Assembly: GCA_965218425.1 (NCBI GenBank)
Contig: OZ244621.1
Location: forward strand, 2,279,369 to 2,343,368
DNA length: 64,000 nt
Direction: 5' to 3'
DNA from: an uncultured Candidatus Binatia bacterium
Lineage (GTDB): Bacteria > Desulfobacterota > Binatia > UBA9968 > CAXXLF01
The translations under genes and the position numbers were made by a program. The notes under the pieces are model-generated. The model ran no database searches, had not been told where the DNA came from, and saw nothing but the letters and a program-made list of their open reading frames with translations. This document shows, piece by piece, positions 49,333 through 59,564 of the stretch (positions are counted from its first letter, which is position 1; the number at the start of each line of letters is the position of its first letter).

Positions 49333-50307
49333 GTGATCATGAAATGGTTGATTGGAATGGCCGCGGGTATGGTCCTTGCCGCCGGCGCGGCGCATGCCGG
49401 CGAGACATGGAATATGCCCACGGCTTACGCGGACTCGAACTACCATACCCGCAACGCCAAGCTGTTCGCCGAAGCGGTGGGGCTCTGCACCGGGAGCGAG
49501 TTGAAGATCGTCGTGCACGGAGACGGCTCGCTGATCAAGGGCGACCAGATCAAGCGCGCCGTACAGACCGGCCAAGCTCCCATCGGCGAACGGCTCCTGA
49601 GCGCACATCAGGACGAGAACGCGCTGTTCGGGTTCGACTCGGTGCCGTTTCTGGCCTCGTCCTTCGAGGCGTCGGAGAAACTCTGGCGCGCGGCGAAGCG
49701 GAAACTGACCGCGATCCTCGCCGACCAGAACCTGGTGTTGCTCTATTCGGTGCCCTGGCCGCCGCAGGGGATGTACTTCAAGAAGGAGATCACCGCCGTG
49801 GCGGACATGGCCGGGATCAAATTCCGCGCCTATAGCGCCGCTACCGCTCGGCTCGCGGAACTCGCAAAGATGTTGCCCGTGCAAGTCGAGGCCGCCGAGC
49901 TCATGCATGTACTGGCGACCGGGGTGGCCGAGGCCTTCATCTCCTCGGCCGCGACCGGTTATTACCGCAAGGTCTGGAAACATGTCGGCTATTTCTACGA
50001 CACTCGGGCTTGGCTGCCGCGCAACTACGTGTTCGCCAATAAGGAAGCGTTCGAGACCCTGAGCTCGCAGGCACGTAACTGCCTGCGCTCCTCCGCCTTG
50101 TTGGCGGAAGCCGCGGGCACGACGCGCGCCCGCGAGCTGATGGGATGGCATCTGAAGCAGCTTGCCGCCAACGGTATGAGCGTACGGGCGCCTGGCAAGC
50201 AGCTCGCCGCCGATCTCGCCGAGATTGGCGCGACGATGTCGGCCGAGTGGGCCGCCGCCGCAGGAAGCGACGGCGCGGCGATCATCAAGGCCTATAAGAT
50301 GCAATAA
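49333..50307 (+). CDS. TRAP transporter substrate-binding protein (DctP family)
   Basis: 324 aa, signal peptide, DctP-like sequence; no dctQ/dctM adjacent. Confidence 0.7.
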   Translation: MIMKWLIGMAAGMVLAAGAAHAGETWNMPTAYADSNYHTRNAKLFAEAVGLCTGSELKIVVHGDGSLIKGDQIKRAVQTGQAPIGERLLSAHQDENALFGFDSVPFLASSFEASEKLWRAAKRKLTAILADQNLVLLYSVPWPPQGMYFKKEITAVADMAGIKFRAYSAATARLAELAKMLPVQVEAAELMHVLATGVAEAFISSAATGYYRKVWKHVGYFYDTRAWLPRNYVFANKEAFETLSSQARNCLRSSALLAEAAGTTRARELMGWHLKQLAANGMSVRAPGKQLAADLAEIGATMSAEWAAAAGSDGAAIIKAYKMQ

Positions 50308-50735
50308 AGGGAGGAGCGCAAGCCTCAGCCTCCCCCTTGTGAAGGCGGCCATGACGCCGACGTTATGCCGCCTTCCGCCGCCCCCCTCGGATGACACGGG
50401 AGTGAGGGAGTTGGAATGAGGCAAGAAACGTGGCGATCTATATCGGAGGACTGCAAAGGGCTATGATACAGTTCCGTCAGTGGAATCATCTTATGGGGTA
50501 GAAAGTAAGATGGCGGGATCTGGAAAGCCACGGAAACGGATTGAAGAGATCGAGAGACATATTCTCAGCCGGCAAGCGTAGGCTTGACCCCTTGCCTTCT
50601 AACACCCGACCATGCGGGTTTCAATGTCATGGAAGCAAGGCATTCACTTGCGCCCGGCGCCGGTGTTCGTTACCGTAGTCGGGTGGAGCGGGATTCAGAC
50701 TTCGCCGTCCTTCGCGCGGCAATTCGGATGTCACA

Positions 50736-51596
50736 GTGGGATTCGTAACCGACGTTGTTCTACCGATTGCGCTTGCCTTCATCATGTTCGCGCTCGGCCT
50801 CGGTCTTACCTTCGGCGACTTTGCCCGGGTCGCGACGCGTCCGCGCGATTTCGTTGTGGGCCTCCTGTCCCAGGTCCTGCTACTGCCCGTGGTGGCCTTC
50901 CTGCTTGTCAGCGTGTGGCCGCTGCCGCCGGAGTTGGCGCTTGGCGTCATGATCATAGCGGCGGCCCCGGGGGGTGTGACTTCCAACATCCTGACCGCGT
51001 TTGCGCGGGGTGACGTGGCATTGTCGATATCACTGACCGCGGTGATGAGCCTGCTCTGCGTCGTCACCGTTCCGTTCGTCGTTACGTTCTCCTACAGTCA
51101 TCTCGTAGGCGGCGATACCGCAGCCGACGTGTCCGTTGCCCGCACGGCGGTCAGCGTGTTCGTCATTGTCACTCTACCCGTTCTGATTGGCCTATTGGTG
51201 CGTCGGCTGGCCGGAGGCTTTGCCGTCCGGTTCGGGCCGACGGCGCGAAAGATTTCGGCCGTGCTTTTCGTGCTGGTCCTGGCGAGCGCGATCTACCAGG
51301 AGCGCAACAACATCGTCAACTACTTCGCTCAGGCTGGCCTGGTCACGCTGGTGCTCAACCTGGCCATGATGGTGCTGGCCTATCTTTTGGCACAGCTCTT
51401 CGCTTCCGGCCTGCGCCAGCGTATCGCCATCACCATCGAATGCGGCCTTCAGAACGGCACCTTGGCCATCGCCGTGGCCACCTTGCTGTTCGGCAGCGGC
51501 CTCGCCACAATTCCCGCGGCAACTTACAGCCTGATCATGTTCGCGACCGCGCTCATCTTCATCACGATCCTGCGCTGCCGCGTTCCGGAGCGGTAG
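50736..51596 (+). CDS. bile acid:sodium symporter (BASS) family transporter
   Basis: 286 aa, multi-TM, BASS-like motifs. Confidence 0.7.
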   Translation: MGFVTDVVLPIALAFIMFALGLGLTFGDFARVATRPRDFVVGLLSQVLLLPVVAFLLVSVWPLPPELALGVMIIAAAPGGVTSNILTAFARGDVALSISLTAVMSLLCVVTVPFVVTFSYSHLVGGDTAADVSVARTAVSVFVIVTLPVLIGLLVRRLAGGFAVRFGPTARKISAVLFVLVLASAIYQERNNIVNYFAQAGLVTLVLNLAMMVLAYLLAQLFASGLRQRIAITIECGLQNGTLAIAVATLLFGSGLATIPAATYSLIMFATALIFITILRCRVPER

Positions 51597-51728
51597 TGGA
51601 GCCGGCTGGTCCGTTATCGGTTGGGACTATCCGATCTCGTCTTCGGCGCGGCGAAGCAGTAAAGATCAAGCCGTTTGTGTCAAAGGGATAAACGCAGCCG
51701 CAGATAATAACAACCAAGGAGGTTCGAA

Positions 51729-52019
51729 ATGCTGTCACAGATTCGCATTTACACGATCAACAAGGGCCAGATGGAGGCCTTCCTCAAGCACTTCAAAGAG
51801 GAAATTATTGTGGTGCACGAGAAAATCGGCCTTCCTATTATCGGCACTTGGGTGAACCGTCCGCAGAACGAGTTTATCTGGGTCAGGACCTACAGAGACG
51901 AGGCGGACCGTGAGGCGAAGGGCAAAGCGTTCCAGGCGGAGATAAAAGCGGCCGGGATCAAGCTGGGAGGGAACGTCGCGAAGATGGAAGTACGCGATGT
52001 CGAAACGGCGTTCGCCTAG
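51729..52019 (+). CDS. NIPSNAP family protein
   Basis: 96 aa; MLSQIRIYTINKGQMEAFLKHFKEEIIVVHEKIG... typical NIPSNAP. Confidence 0.7.
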   Translation: MLSQIRIYTINKGQMEAFLKHFKEEIIVVHEKIGLPIIGTWVNRPQNEFIWVRTYRDEADREAKGKAFQAEIKAAGIKLGGNVAKMEVRDVETAFA

Positions 52020-52459
52020 CCGGCAACGCGCTCCTGAACCACGGTTGGCGGGGTGGTCCCGGATATCTGCCTGAAGAGGGGGCAAGTTGAATCGACCCGG
52101 GTTTCGAAGGGGATTACGCGCGCTGCCAGGTCGGACCGGCCGATTTCGCGGCTTGGCAAAAAGTATGGACTGGGCCAGCCGCGTAAAGAGTCAGAGGGGT
52201 CGGGCCTTGCACTCTATGAAAGGGGACGTTGCGACTTTTATGACCTTCTGCGCGTGGTTGGACACGCAGCGGGACATTGTGTCGCTAATCTTGTCGTGGG
52301 CAGGCGCGTCGAGGCGCTTGTGTTGTTTCAGCTCAGTCCGGCGATATGCTATTCTTGATCACGCTCGTTCTTGGAGACCGACTCTGTCCCCTGGGCCTGA
52401 AGGTCAACCCTATCCGGAAGCTTCCTTGACCCTGTCAGCCTAACAGACAAAATACCGTC

Positions 52460-53137
52460 ATGTCTCCTATGAAAGGATTGCAGATGAGATCCATTATTCG
52501 TTTCCTCGGAGTTTTGCTCATGGGGTGCCTGGTCGCCACTAACGCGCATGCGATGCAGGATGATGTGGATCAAGCCTTGACGATTTTCAAACGCTTTCAG
52601 AGCATTCCCGAGAACGCCATTCCACCAGCGGTGATGCGGGACGCGAAGGGCCTGGCGATACTTACCGTCACAAAAGCCGGTTTCATCTTTAGTGGTCGAG
52701 GAGGGACGGGCATAGTCGTCGCGCGAACCGGTAAAGGTTGGAGCGGTCCTTCAGGGATCGGTTCGGGAGGGGTAGGCGTGGGATTTCAGGCTGGGGCCAA
52801 CACCACTGAATTCGTGATCGTTCTCAACACGGACAAGGCCGTTGACGCGTTCGCAAAAAGGGGTAACGTTACCCTCGGGGGCGCCCTCAGTGTTGCGGTC
52901 GGACCCGTTGGACGCTCCGCCGAAGCCGACGTGGCCATCCAGGCGGCCATGTACACTTACAGTCGCTCCCAGGGAGTCTTCGCCGGCGTATCTTTGGAGG
53001 GTACCGTCATTGGCGTGCGGACCAAGGCCAACGCGAAATACTACGGCAAGCCCGTCAAAGCGAAAGATATTCTCGCAGGCAAGGTGAAACCTCCAGCCGG
53101 TGCGCAGAACCTGTTGAAAGAGTTATCGAAATACTGA
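52460..53137 (+). CDS. SYLF (Ysc84/DUF500) lipid-binding domain protein, secreted
   Basis: Signal peptide; SYLF-domain sequence (…GLAILTVTKAGFIFSGRGGTGIVVAR…). Confidence 0.7.
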   Translation: MSPMKGLQMRSIIRFLGVLLMGCLVATNAHAMQDDVDQALTIFKRFQSIPENAIPPAVMRDAKGLAILTVTKAGFIFSGRGGTGIVVARTGKGWSGPSGIGSGGVGVGFQAGANTTEFVIVLNTDKAVDAFAKRGNVTLGGALSVAVGPVGRSAEADVAIQAAMYTYSRSQGVFAGVSLEGTVIGVRTKANAKYYGKPVKAKDILAGKVKPPAGAQNLLKELSKY

Positions 53138-53267
53138 AGGTGGTCGATGTTTTTGCCTTCACGCCAGGACTGACTAGGTTCTGGGGTCAGACCTGGATAT
53201 ATGGATAATCTTGCAGACCGTGGTTTCGAACGGTGCGATCAACGCCCTGTCATTTTCGTAATCGTGG

Positions 53268-53774
53268 TTATGCGTGTTCGGACACGTATTGGCGCATGGT
53301 GTCGAGGGTCTTTTCGCCGATACCTTTAATGTCCTGAAGCTTGTCTTGGTCCAGGGCTTTTTTGAGATCCTTGAGGCTTCGGATCTTATATTTTTTACTA
53401 AGGACCCGGATCGTCTTTGCGCCGAGGCCGGGTATAGCCGTTAACTCCAGGACGGTTTTCGGGACCCGGTGTACCCATTGCTCCATCTTGGCGCAGGTGC
53501 CCGTCTTGAGGAACTCTCCGATGATCCCGGCAATGGTAGCGCCCACGCCGGGAATCTTGTTAAGGCGTCCCTCCTGATGTAATTGAATTACCGATTCGGG
53601 AAAGCGCGAGATGGTATAGGCTACCCGTCCGTACTGTTTCGCGTGGGATTCGTCGTATCCGCAAATAATCAGATAGTCTCCCATACCTTTGATCTGGTCG
53701 GCAATCTTATCATTGCCGCGCCAGCGCTTCCTGCCTTTCGCATCGGTATAGGATTGATCTCCGTTGGTTGTCAT
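53268..53774 (-). CDS. helix-hairpin-helix DNA-binding protein (Pol X N-terminal-like)
   Basis: Two HhH motifs (…IPGVGATIAGII…, …IPGLGAKTIRVL…, …IKGIGEKTLDTM…). Confidence 0.55.
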   Translation of the reverse strand: MTTNGDQSYTDAKGRKRWRGNDKIADQIKGMGDYLIICGYDESHAKQYGRVAYTISRFPESVIQLHQEGRLNKIPGVGATIAGIIGEFLKTGTCAKMEQWVHRVPKTVLELTAIPGLGAKTIRVLSKKYKIRSLKDLKKALDQDKLQDIKGIGEKTLDTMRQYVSEHA

Positions 53775-53959
53775 AGGGGAAAGACCGCGAAGAGTTTTAA
53801 CGCAGATTTACGCGGATACTTGAATAGCAAAGAGCAGAGCACTCAGAGAAGTGAGCAATAAGCAGTGTTCTCCCGTGGCTCAGTACTCTTTTCTCAGTAC
53901 TAAATGGCGTCTTTGCGCGAGGTATCTTTTTTCCGAGTCCGGAATCCAAACCCCCAGTT

Positions 53960-54649
53960 TTAAAGCATACCGTGATCGCTGAAACTGAAATACCGATCGT
54001 GACCGATCACCACATGGTCCAGGACCCGGATGCCCATCACTTCTCCTACTTCTTTTAACCTTCTGGTAATCTCTATATCCTCCTGGCTGGGGGTAGGGTC
54101 GCCGCTGGGGTGATTGTGGACAAAGAGCACTGCTGCGGCGGATTCCCGGATGATGGGATTGTAGACCTCACGGGGATGCACCAAAGAGGCAGTGAGGGAT
54201 CCCTCGGAGATTTTGACCTCACGAATTTTCCGGTTTTTATTGTTTAGGAGGACCGCGTAAAAGATCTCACGATTCACTTTGTGGAACTTGTCCTGGAAGT
54301 GCCGGAAGACGTTTTCCGGGGATTTTAATGGTTCTCCCGCCTTCCATGTTTCACGTCCCATTCTACGGCCTATTTCCAGGCAGGCCTTGATCTGGGCCAA
54401 CTTGGCTGAGCCTAAACCTTTGATAACCCTCAGTTCCTTTGGGGAAGCCTCGTCGAGGCCTTTTAGCCCATTAAACCGTTTTAGTAGGGCCCGGGCATGA
54501 TCCAGGGCGGTTTCTTTTGTACTTGCGTTTCCGGTTCTCAGGATGATGGCGAGGAGCTCGGCCTCGGTGAGGGATTGAGGGCCGTTGTGGAGGAGTTTTT
54601 CCCTGGGCCGGTCCTCTTCCGGCCACTCTTTAATGGTTTGGTATCGAGC
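53960..54649 (-). CDS. radC: RadC-family JAB/MPN domain protein
   Basis: HNHPSGDPTPSQEDIEITRRL JAMM motif; HhH N-domain. Confidence 0.8.
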   Translation of the reverse strand, partial: ARYQTIKEWPEEDRPREKLLHNGPQSLTEAELLAIILRTGNASTKETALDHARALLKRFNGLKGLDEASPKELRVIKGLGSAKLAQIKACLEIGRRMGRETWKAGEPLKSPENVFRHFQDKFHKVNREIFYAVLLNNKNRKIREVKISEGSLTASLVHPREVYNPIIRESAAAVLFVHNHPSGDPTPSQEDIEITRRLKEVGEVMGIRVLDHVVIGHDRYFSFSDHGML

Positions 54650-54695
54650 CATAATAATGCCTATTCCAATAACAAACTTTTTCGCGCCAAGACAC

Positions 54696-54800
54696 CAAGC
54701 TCGCAAAGATAAGAATCTAGCTCTTGTTTCCGAACCTGGCGTTCTTTGCGCCTTTGCGCGAGTTGTCTTTATCCGAATCCCTTTAACTGATGCCCAATAT
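54696..54800. repeat. ~100-bp intergenic repeat (family 2), copy between moaC and radC
   Basis: TTCGCGCCAAGACACCAAGCTCGCAAAGA...CGCCTTTGCGCGAGTTGTCTTTATCCGAATCCC; homologous to 56306-56420 and partially to 53905-53945, 6481-6520, 641-670. Confidence 0.7.
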
Positions 54801-55279
54801 TACTTTTTACGGCTAAAGGTTCCGCTTTTGCCGCCACTTTTTTGAGTTAGCTGGATCTCGCCGATGGTCATCTCACGATCGGCGGCTTTGCACATGTCAT
54901 AGATGGTAAGTGCGGAAACTGACACGGCGGTCATGGCCTCCATCTCGACGCCGGTCTGGCCTGTCACTTTTATGGTAGCTTCAATTTCCACCCTGGAAGG
55001 GTTCTTCTCAGGAGTGAGAGTGATTTCAACTGATGTAATGTTGAGGGGGTGGCACATGGGGACGAGGTCGGACGTCCTTTTAGCTCCCATGATTCCGGCC
55101 ACCCGGGCCACGGAAAAAACGTCTCCCTTTGCCACTCTTTTTTCTATAATCATGGCGAGGGTTTCGGCACGCATGAGTATTTTTCCCCGCGCCGCCGCCA
55201 CTCGGCAGGTTATGTCCTTTTCCGTCACGTCCACCATCCGCGCGCGGCCTTGGGCGTCCAAATGGGAGAGTTTGGCCAT
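54800..55279 (-). CDS. moaC: cyclic pyranopterin monophosphate synthase MoaC
   Basis: 159 aa; MoaC signature (…MVDVTEKD…GDVF…ARVAGIMGAKRTSDLVPMCHPL…). Confidence 0.9.
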   Translation of the reverse strand: MAKLSHLDAQGRARMVDVTEKDITCRVAAARGKILMRAETLAMIIEKRVAKGDVFSVARVAGIMGAKRTSDLVPMCHPLNITSVEITLTPEKNPSRVEIEATIKVTGQTGVEMEAMTAVSVSALTIYDMCKAADREMTIGEIQLTQKSGGKSGTFSRKK

Positions 55280-55350
55280 GGTTGCCTCCTTAGACCCGAT
55301 GGGATCTGCAGTTTCTTCCTGCCAAAGGGTTTTTATGGTACAAGAATCAC

Positions 55351-56292
55351 ATGGAGAAAAAAAGCCACTACCGCGTAATCATTCTGGGATCCGGTCCGGC
55401 GGGCCTTACCGCCGCCCTCTATGCGGCCAGGGCAGAGCTGGAGCCCCTGGTGATAGAAGGGAGCCAGCCGGGGGGCCAACTAACCATTACCACCGACGTG
55501 GAGAACTATCCAGGATTTCCCAAGGGTATCCTTGGTCCCGAACTGATGGATGAATTCAAAAGACAGGCGGAGCGATTTGGTACCCGGACTTTATTTGGCG
55601 ATGTGACAGAGGTCAGCCTCCAGAAAAGGCCTTTTCAGCTCGAAGTAGGTAAAAATACCCTCACGTGCGATACTCTTATTATTTCAACGGGTGCCTCGGC
55701 AAAGCTTTTGGGGCTGGAATCGGAAAAGAAACTGATGGGATACGGCGTCTCGGCCTGCGCCACCTGCGACGGTTTTTTCTTTAAAGAAAAGGAAGTGGTC
55801 TGCGTCGGGGGAGGAGACACGGCCATGGAGGAGGCCACCTTTCTCACCAAGTTCGCTTCAAAAGTCCATGTGGTCCATCGCCGGAACAAGCTCCGGGCAT
55901 CGAAAATCATGCAGGATCGCGCCATGAAAAACCCCAAGATCAATTTCATCTGGGACAGTGTAGTGGAAGAGATTAACGGTGATTCCCAAAATGGTGGCGT
56001 CACCGGTGTGAGGCTAAAGAACGTAAAAACGGGAAAGACCGAGGAGTTTAAGTGTGACGGTGTGTTTCTGGCCATCGGGCACGAACCCAACAGCAAGCCC
56101 TTCGCGGGACAGTTGGAAATGGATGAGCAGGGATATATCCTCACCCATGACGGTACCAAGACCAGCATTCCTGGCGTCTTTGCCTGTGGCGATATACAGG
56201 ACCATGTCTATCGTCAGGCTGTCACCGCTGCCGGCTCCGGTTGCATGGCGGCCATCGATGCGGAACGGTTCTTGGAAAGCCAGGAATCCTGA
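55351..56292 (+). CDS. trxB: thioredoxin-disulfide reductase
   Basis: 313 aa; GSGPAG FAD motif, CATC redox motif, [15 protein letters not shown] motif. Confidence 0.9.
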   Translation: MEKKSHYRVIILGSGPAGLTAALYAARAELEPLVIEGSQPGGQLTITTDVENYPGFPKGILGPELMDEFKRQAERFGTRTLFGDVTEVSLQKRPFQLEVGKNTLTCDTLIISTGASAKLLGLESEKKLMGYGVSACATCDGFFFKEKEVVCVGGGDTAMEEATFLTKFASKVHVVHRRNKLRASKIMQDRAMKNPKINFIWDSVVEEINGDSQNGGVTGVRLKNVKTGKTEEFKCDGVFLAIGHEPNSKPFAGQLEMDEQGYILTHDGTKTSIPGVFACGDIQDHVYRQAVTAAGSGCMAAIDAERFLESQES

Positions 56293-56305
56293 TCACGTCA
56301 ACAAA

Positions 56306-56420
56306 GATTAAAAATTCTCGCGCCAGGACGCCAAGCTCGCAAAGAAGAGATGTTTTCTCGCTGAGGGACTTAGCGCCCTTTGCACAAGCCATCCCATTCC
56401 GGATCCCTTAATCCAGAATT
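56306..56420. repeat. ~100-bp intergenic repeat (family 2), copy downstream of trxB
   Basis: TCTCGCGCCAGGACGCCAAGCTCGCAAAGAAG...CGCCCTTTGCACAAGCCATCCCATTCCGGATCCC. Confidence 0.7.
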
Positions 56421-56605
56421 CAGCAGAGAATTTAAATATCATTGACTCCTCTTTAAAAAGAGCAATGTTTTTGTTTGTCGTCGGCTCCCGACAAACAAAA
56501 GGTTAATTCTCTGCGCCCTCTGCGGTGAGATGTCCGAATCTTTATCTGCGAGAGTCTGCGTTTAATCGTATTTGACGCTTTGCGCCATGCGCTTTGCCTT
56601 TTTGG

Positions 56606-57463
56606 TTACCAATAGTTGTTTGCCATCTGGTAGACCGCGTGGACCACACCCTCACAGACTTTTGCCATGAACCCCAAGTCCAGGGTATCGATGGTGTCGG
56701 TGCGGCCATGATAGTTCGGATTACGAAAAAACGAAGTGTCGGTCACCAAGAGCGCAGGATAGTCGAGGTCCCAAAAAGGGGAATGGTCGCTCAAGCGTAC
56801 CGCGGGAATCAGGGATCCGTTGCCCGGGACCGCCAGGGTTTCAACGGGCAACCCGGGTACTTTTCGTGTCAGGCGGGAAAACTTTTTCAGCAGCGAGTTT
56901 GAGTTCCAATTGCCGACCACAGCAATGAAGTTCCCTTGTTCAGGGTAAAACCAACTGAGCCCAATGGGGTACTTCTGGCTGCCTGGGCGGTTGTCGGTGT
57001 AGCCAACCATTTCGAGAGATATCATGGCATTGACTTTAGCTCCGGCAGCCCTGAGTTTTTTCGCGAAATGAGTGCTACCGATCATGTTGAGCTCTTCAAG
57101 GTTGAAGGCGCAAAATAGCACCGGAGACCGCAGTCTCGTTTGTGCCAGAGTGCGGGCGGCCTCAAGCAACACGGCGACGCCGCTCGCGTTGTCGTCTGCT
57201 CCCGGGGTCCCCATCACGGAATCGAAGTGGGCGCCAACGATGATCAGGGGTGAGCGTGGGTTTGATCCACCCCGGCCAATGATGTTGCGGAATTTTCTCC
57301 TTCTGTAGTTAAAGGTGTCGTTCTCAACGGTAAGCCCGTAGCTCCGGAATTCCTTCTCGATGTAGCTTTCGACTGCAGCGAGATGCCCCGGGCTGCTGAA
57401 GGGACTTCTCTCTGATACGATGCGTTGGAGTTTTTTTTCGATCTCTTTAGGGTCGATTCTCAA
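56606..57463 (-). CDS. M28-family peptidase (aminopeptidase)
   Basis: …[23 protein letters not shown]… M28 zinc-binding pattern. Confidence 0.75.
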   Translation of the reverse strand: MRIDPKEIEKKLQRIVSERSPFSSPGHLAAVESYIEKEFRSYGLTVENDTFNYRRRKFRNIIGRGGSNPRSPLIIVGAHFDSVMGTPGADDNASGVAVLLEAARTLAQTRLRSPVLFCAFNLEELNMIGSTHFAKKLRAAGAKVNAMISLEMVGYTDNRPGSQKYPIGLSWFYPEQGNFIAVVGNWNSNSLLKKFSRLTRKVPGLPVETLAVPGNGSLIPAVRLSDHSPFWDLDYPALLVTDTSFFRNPNYHGRTDTIDTLDLGFMAKVCEGVVHAVYQMANNYW

Positions 57464-58230
57464 GAAGTACTATCCCGCATTCTCACGGGAACCCCCCGAT
57501 CTTTGAGATAGGATTTGCACTCCTGGATGGTGTATTCCTGATAATGGAAGATGGATGCGGCCAGGGCGGCACTGGCATTGCCCGTTGCGAGTCCCTGGTG
57601 GATATGTTTGGGTGTCCCCACGCCGCCGGATGCGATAACAGGAATGACGACTCGGTCTGAGATGGCTCGGGTGAGCTTTAGATCATAGCCGTTCTTGGTA
57701 CCATCCCGATCCATGCTGGTCAGGAGTATTTCACCGGCACCGAAGGTTGCCATTTGATCCGCCCAGGTGCAGGCATCGAGTCCGGTGGGCTTTCTTCCCC
57801 CATGGGTAAAGACTTCCCAATGGTCACCCACACTCTTGGCGTCAATGGCGACAACGATACATTGGCTGCCAAAGGTTTCTGCCGCTTCCCGAACGAACTC
57901 TGGCCTGGTCACCGCCCCGGTGTTGATGGAAACTTTGTCGGCACCGGCCTTGAGGAGCTTTCTGATGTCGTCCAGTTGATTGATCCCGCCTCCGACCGTG
58001 AGGGGCATAAAGACCTGATCAGCGGTCCGCGCCACGATGTCCAAGATGATTTGTCTCTTCTCGTGGGAAGCGGTGATATCCAAAAAGCAGAGCTCGTCGG
58101 CTCCCTCCTGATCGTAGAGCCTGGCAACCTCCACCGGGTCTCCCGCGTCCTTGAGTCCGACAAAATTGACCCCCTTGACAACCCGTCCCGCGTCAACGTC
58201 AAGGCATGGGATGATTCGTTTGGTCAGCAT
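57460..58230 (-). CDS. hisF: imidazole glycerol phosphate synthase cyclase subunit HisF
   Basis: 256 aa; [12 protein letters not shown]…, …SGGVG… canonical HisF. Confidence 0.9.
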   Translation of the reverse strand: MLTKRIIPCLDVDAGRVVKGVNFVGLKDAGDPVEVARLYDQEGADELCFLDITASHEKRQIILDIVARTADQVFMPLTVGGGINQLDDIRKLLKAGADKVSINTGAVTRPEFVREAAETFGSQCIVVAIDAKSVGDHWEVFTHGGRKPTGLDACTWADQMATFGAGEILLTSMDRDGTKNGYDLKLTRAISDRVVIPVIASGGVGTPKHIHQGLATGNASAALAASIFHYQEYTIQECKSYLKDRGVPVRMRDSTS

Positions 58231-58496
58231 AAAAACTATTTTTGCTCTCGCGTTCCGCGATTATTCCTTATTTCCTAACTTTAAGACCTAGACAGAAATA
58301 TAATCAAAAGGCGGCAGAATAGGAAGCGCCCTAATATTCACTCTCCCGGTGCGGATTTTTGACCGAGAAAGGGGGCTTTTCGTGTCAGTACGGGTGCTTT
58401 CGTGGATTAAGGAGAGAGTTTGTGGATGATTGACATTAGCTTTCTTGCGGTGATAGGGTTCGGGCCGTCAGTCGTCAGACAAGAGGAGACAGTACG

Positions 58497-59528
58497 ATGA
58501 AAAGAACAATACTTGTTTTTTTCAGTTTGTCTCTAGCCGTCGTTTCTGTGATAGCGTCCTCGACAATAGCTTCAAGCGAGGACTTTTACAAAGGTAAGAC
58601 CCTAAGGTTTCTCGTGCCATTTCCGCCTAGCGGCGGTTGGGATGCCTATAGAAGAGTCGCCGCTAAACACATTACCAAATACATTCCCGGAAAACCTTCC
58701 ATCATTGTTCAGAACATGCCTGGGGCCAGCGGCATGGTAGGGGTGAATTTTCTCTACAATAGGGTAAAGCCAGACGGGCTCACCATAGGAATGTTTCAGA
58801 CCACCAATGCCTTTTTGCAGCTTGCGGGAGACTCGGCCGTAAAGTTCGACGTAGGGAAAGCAAACTGGCTCGGCGTTTTTTCCACCCGCGTCAGTACCTG
58901 TGTGGTGCGCACGGATTCTCCCTTCAAGACAATCCAGGATATAATTGATTCCAAGGAACCCTTGCATAGTGACGCAGTGTCACGGAGTGGCGGAACAACC
59001 ATGGAACCCATGTTGATGAACAAGATCCTGAAAACGAACATCGAAGTGGTTTCGGGGTATCCGGGGACCTCTGCTATTCGTATGGCCTTGAGACGAGGAG
59101 CAGTGCAGGGGATTTGTGGGTGGGGCTGGGCTTCGGTCAAGTCCACTGGCAAGGAACTTTTGGAAAAGGGGACCATCCGGGTTCTGATACAGGCTGCTAA
59201 CCAACGTGAGCCTGACATTCCGAAGGATGTGTCTCTGATCACCGACTTGGCTCCCAGTGATATGCGCCCCCTTTTAAACGTCGATCTTATCCCCCGGACC
59301 GTGGGATGGAACATGATGCTGCAGCCAGGCGTGCCTCAGGATCGGGTGAATATACTTCAAGATGCTTTTGACACGACTATGAAGGACCCGAAGTTTCTAG
59401 AGCACGCCGAAAAGGTCAGGCTGCCCATAAGGCCCTTAAGGGGAGAGCGGATTGCCCAAATGTTTGATCAACTCTTCAAGGAAGCGACTCCAGACGTAAT
59501 CACCGAGCTTAAAAAAATAATGCACTAA
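58497..59528 (+). CDS. tripartite tricarboxylate transporter substrate-binding protein (TctC/Bug family)
   Basis: 343 aa, signal peptide, …FLVPFPPSGGWDAYRR…NMPGASG… Bug-family pattern; no tctA/tctB adjacent. Confidence 0.65.
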   Translation: MKRTILVFFSLSLAVVSVIASSTIASSEDFYKGKTLRFLVPFPPSGGWDAYRRVAAKHITKYIPGKPSIIVQNMPGASGMVGVNFLYNRVKPDGLTIGMFQTTNAFLQLAGDSAVKFDVGKANWLGVFSTRVSTCVVRTDSPFKTIQDIIDSKEPLHSDAVSRSGGTTMEPMLMNKILKTNIEVVSGYPGTSAIRMALRRGAVQGICGWGWASVKSTGKELLEKGTIRVLIQAANQREPDIPKDVSLITDLAPSDMRPLLNVDLIPRTVGWNMMLQPGVPQDRVNILQDAFDTTMKDPKFLEHAEKVRLPIRPLRGERIAQMFDQLFKEATPDVITELKKIMH

Positions 59529-59564
59529 TCACCCCATCCATTTTACTACGAGGATTAGACAACT

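Noticed and set aside
49228-50424. 398-aa minus-strand ORF
   Set aside because: Antisense to the TRAP-DctP gene; Arg/Gly-rich artefact.
55280-55350. Possible Moco riboswitch between moaC and trxB
   Set aside because: Only ~70 nt of intergenic sequence and no recognisable Moco-motif architecture; moaC is transcribed away from this spacer.
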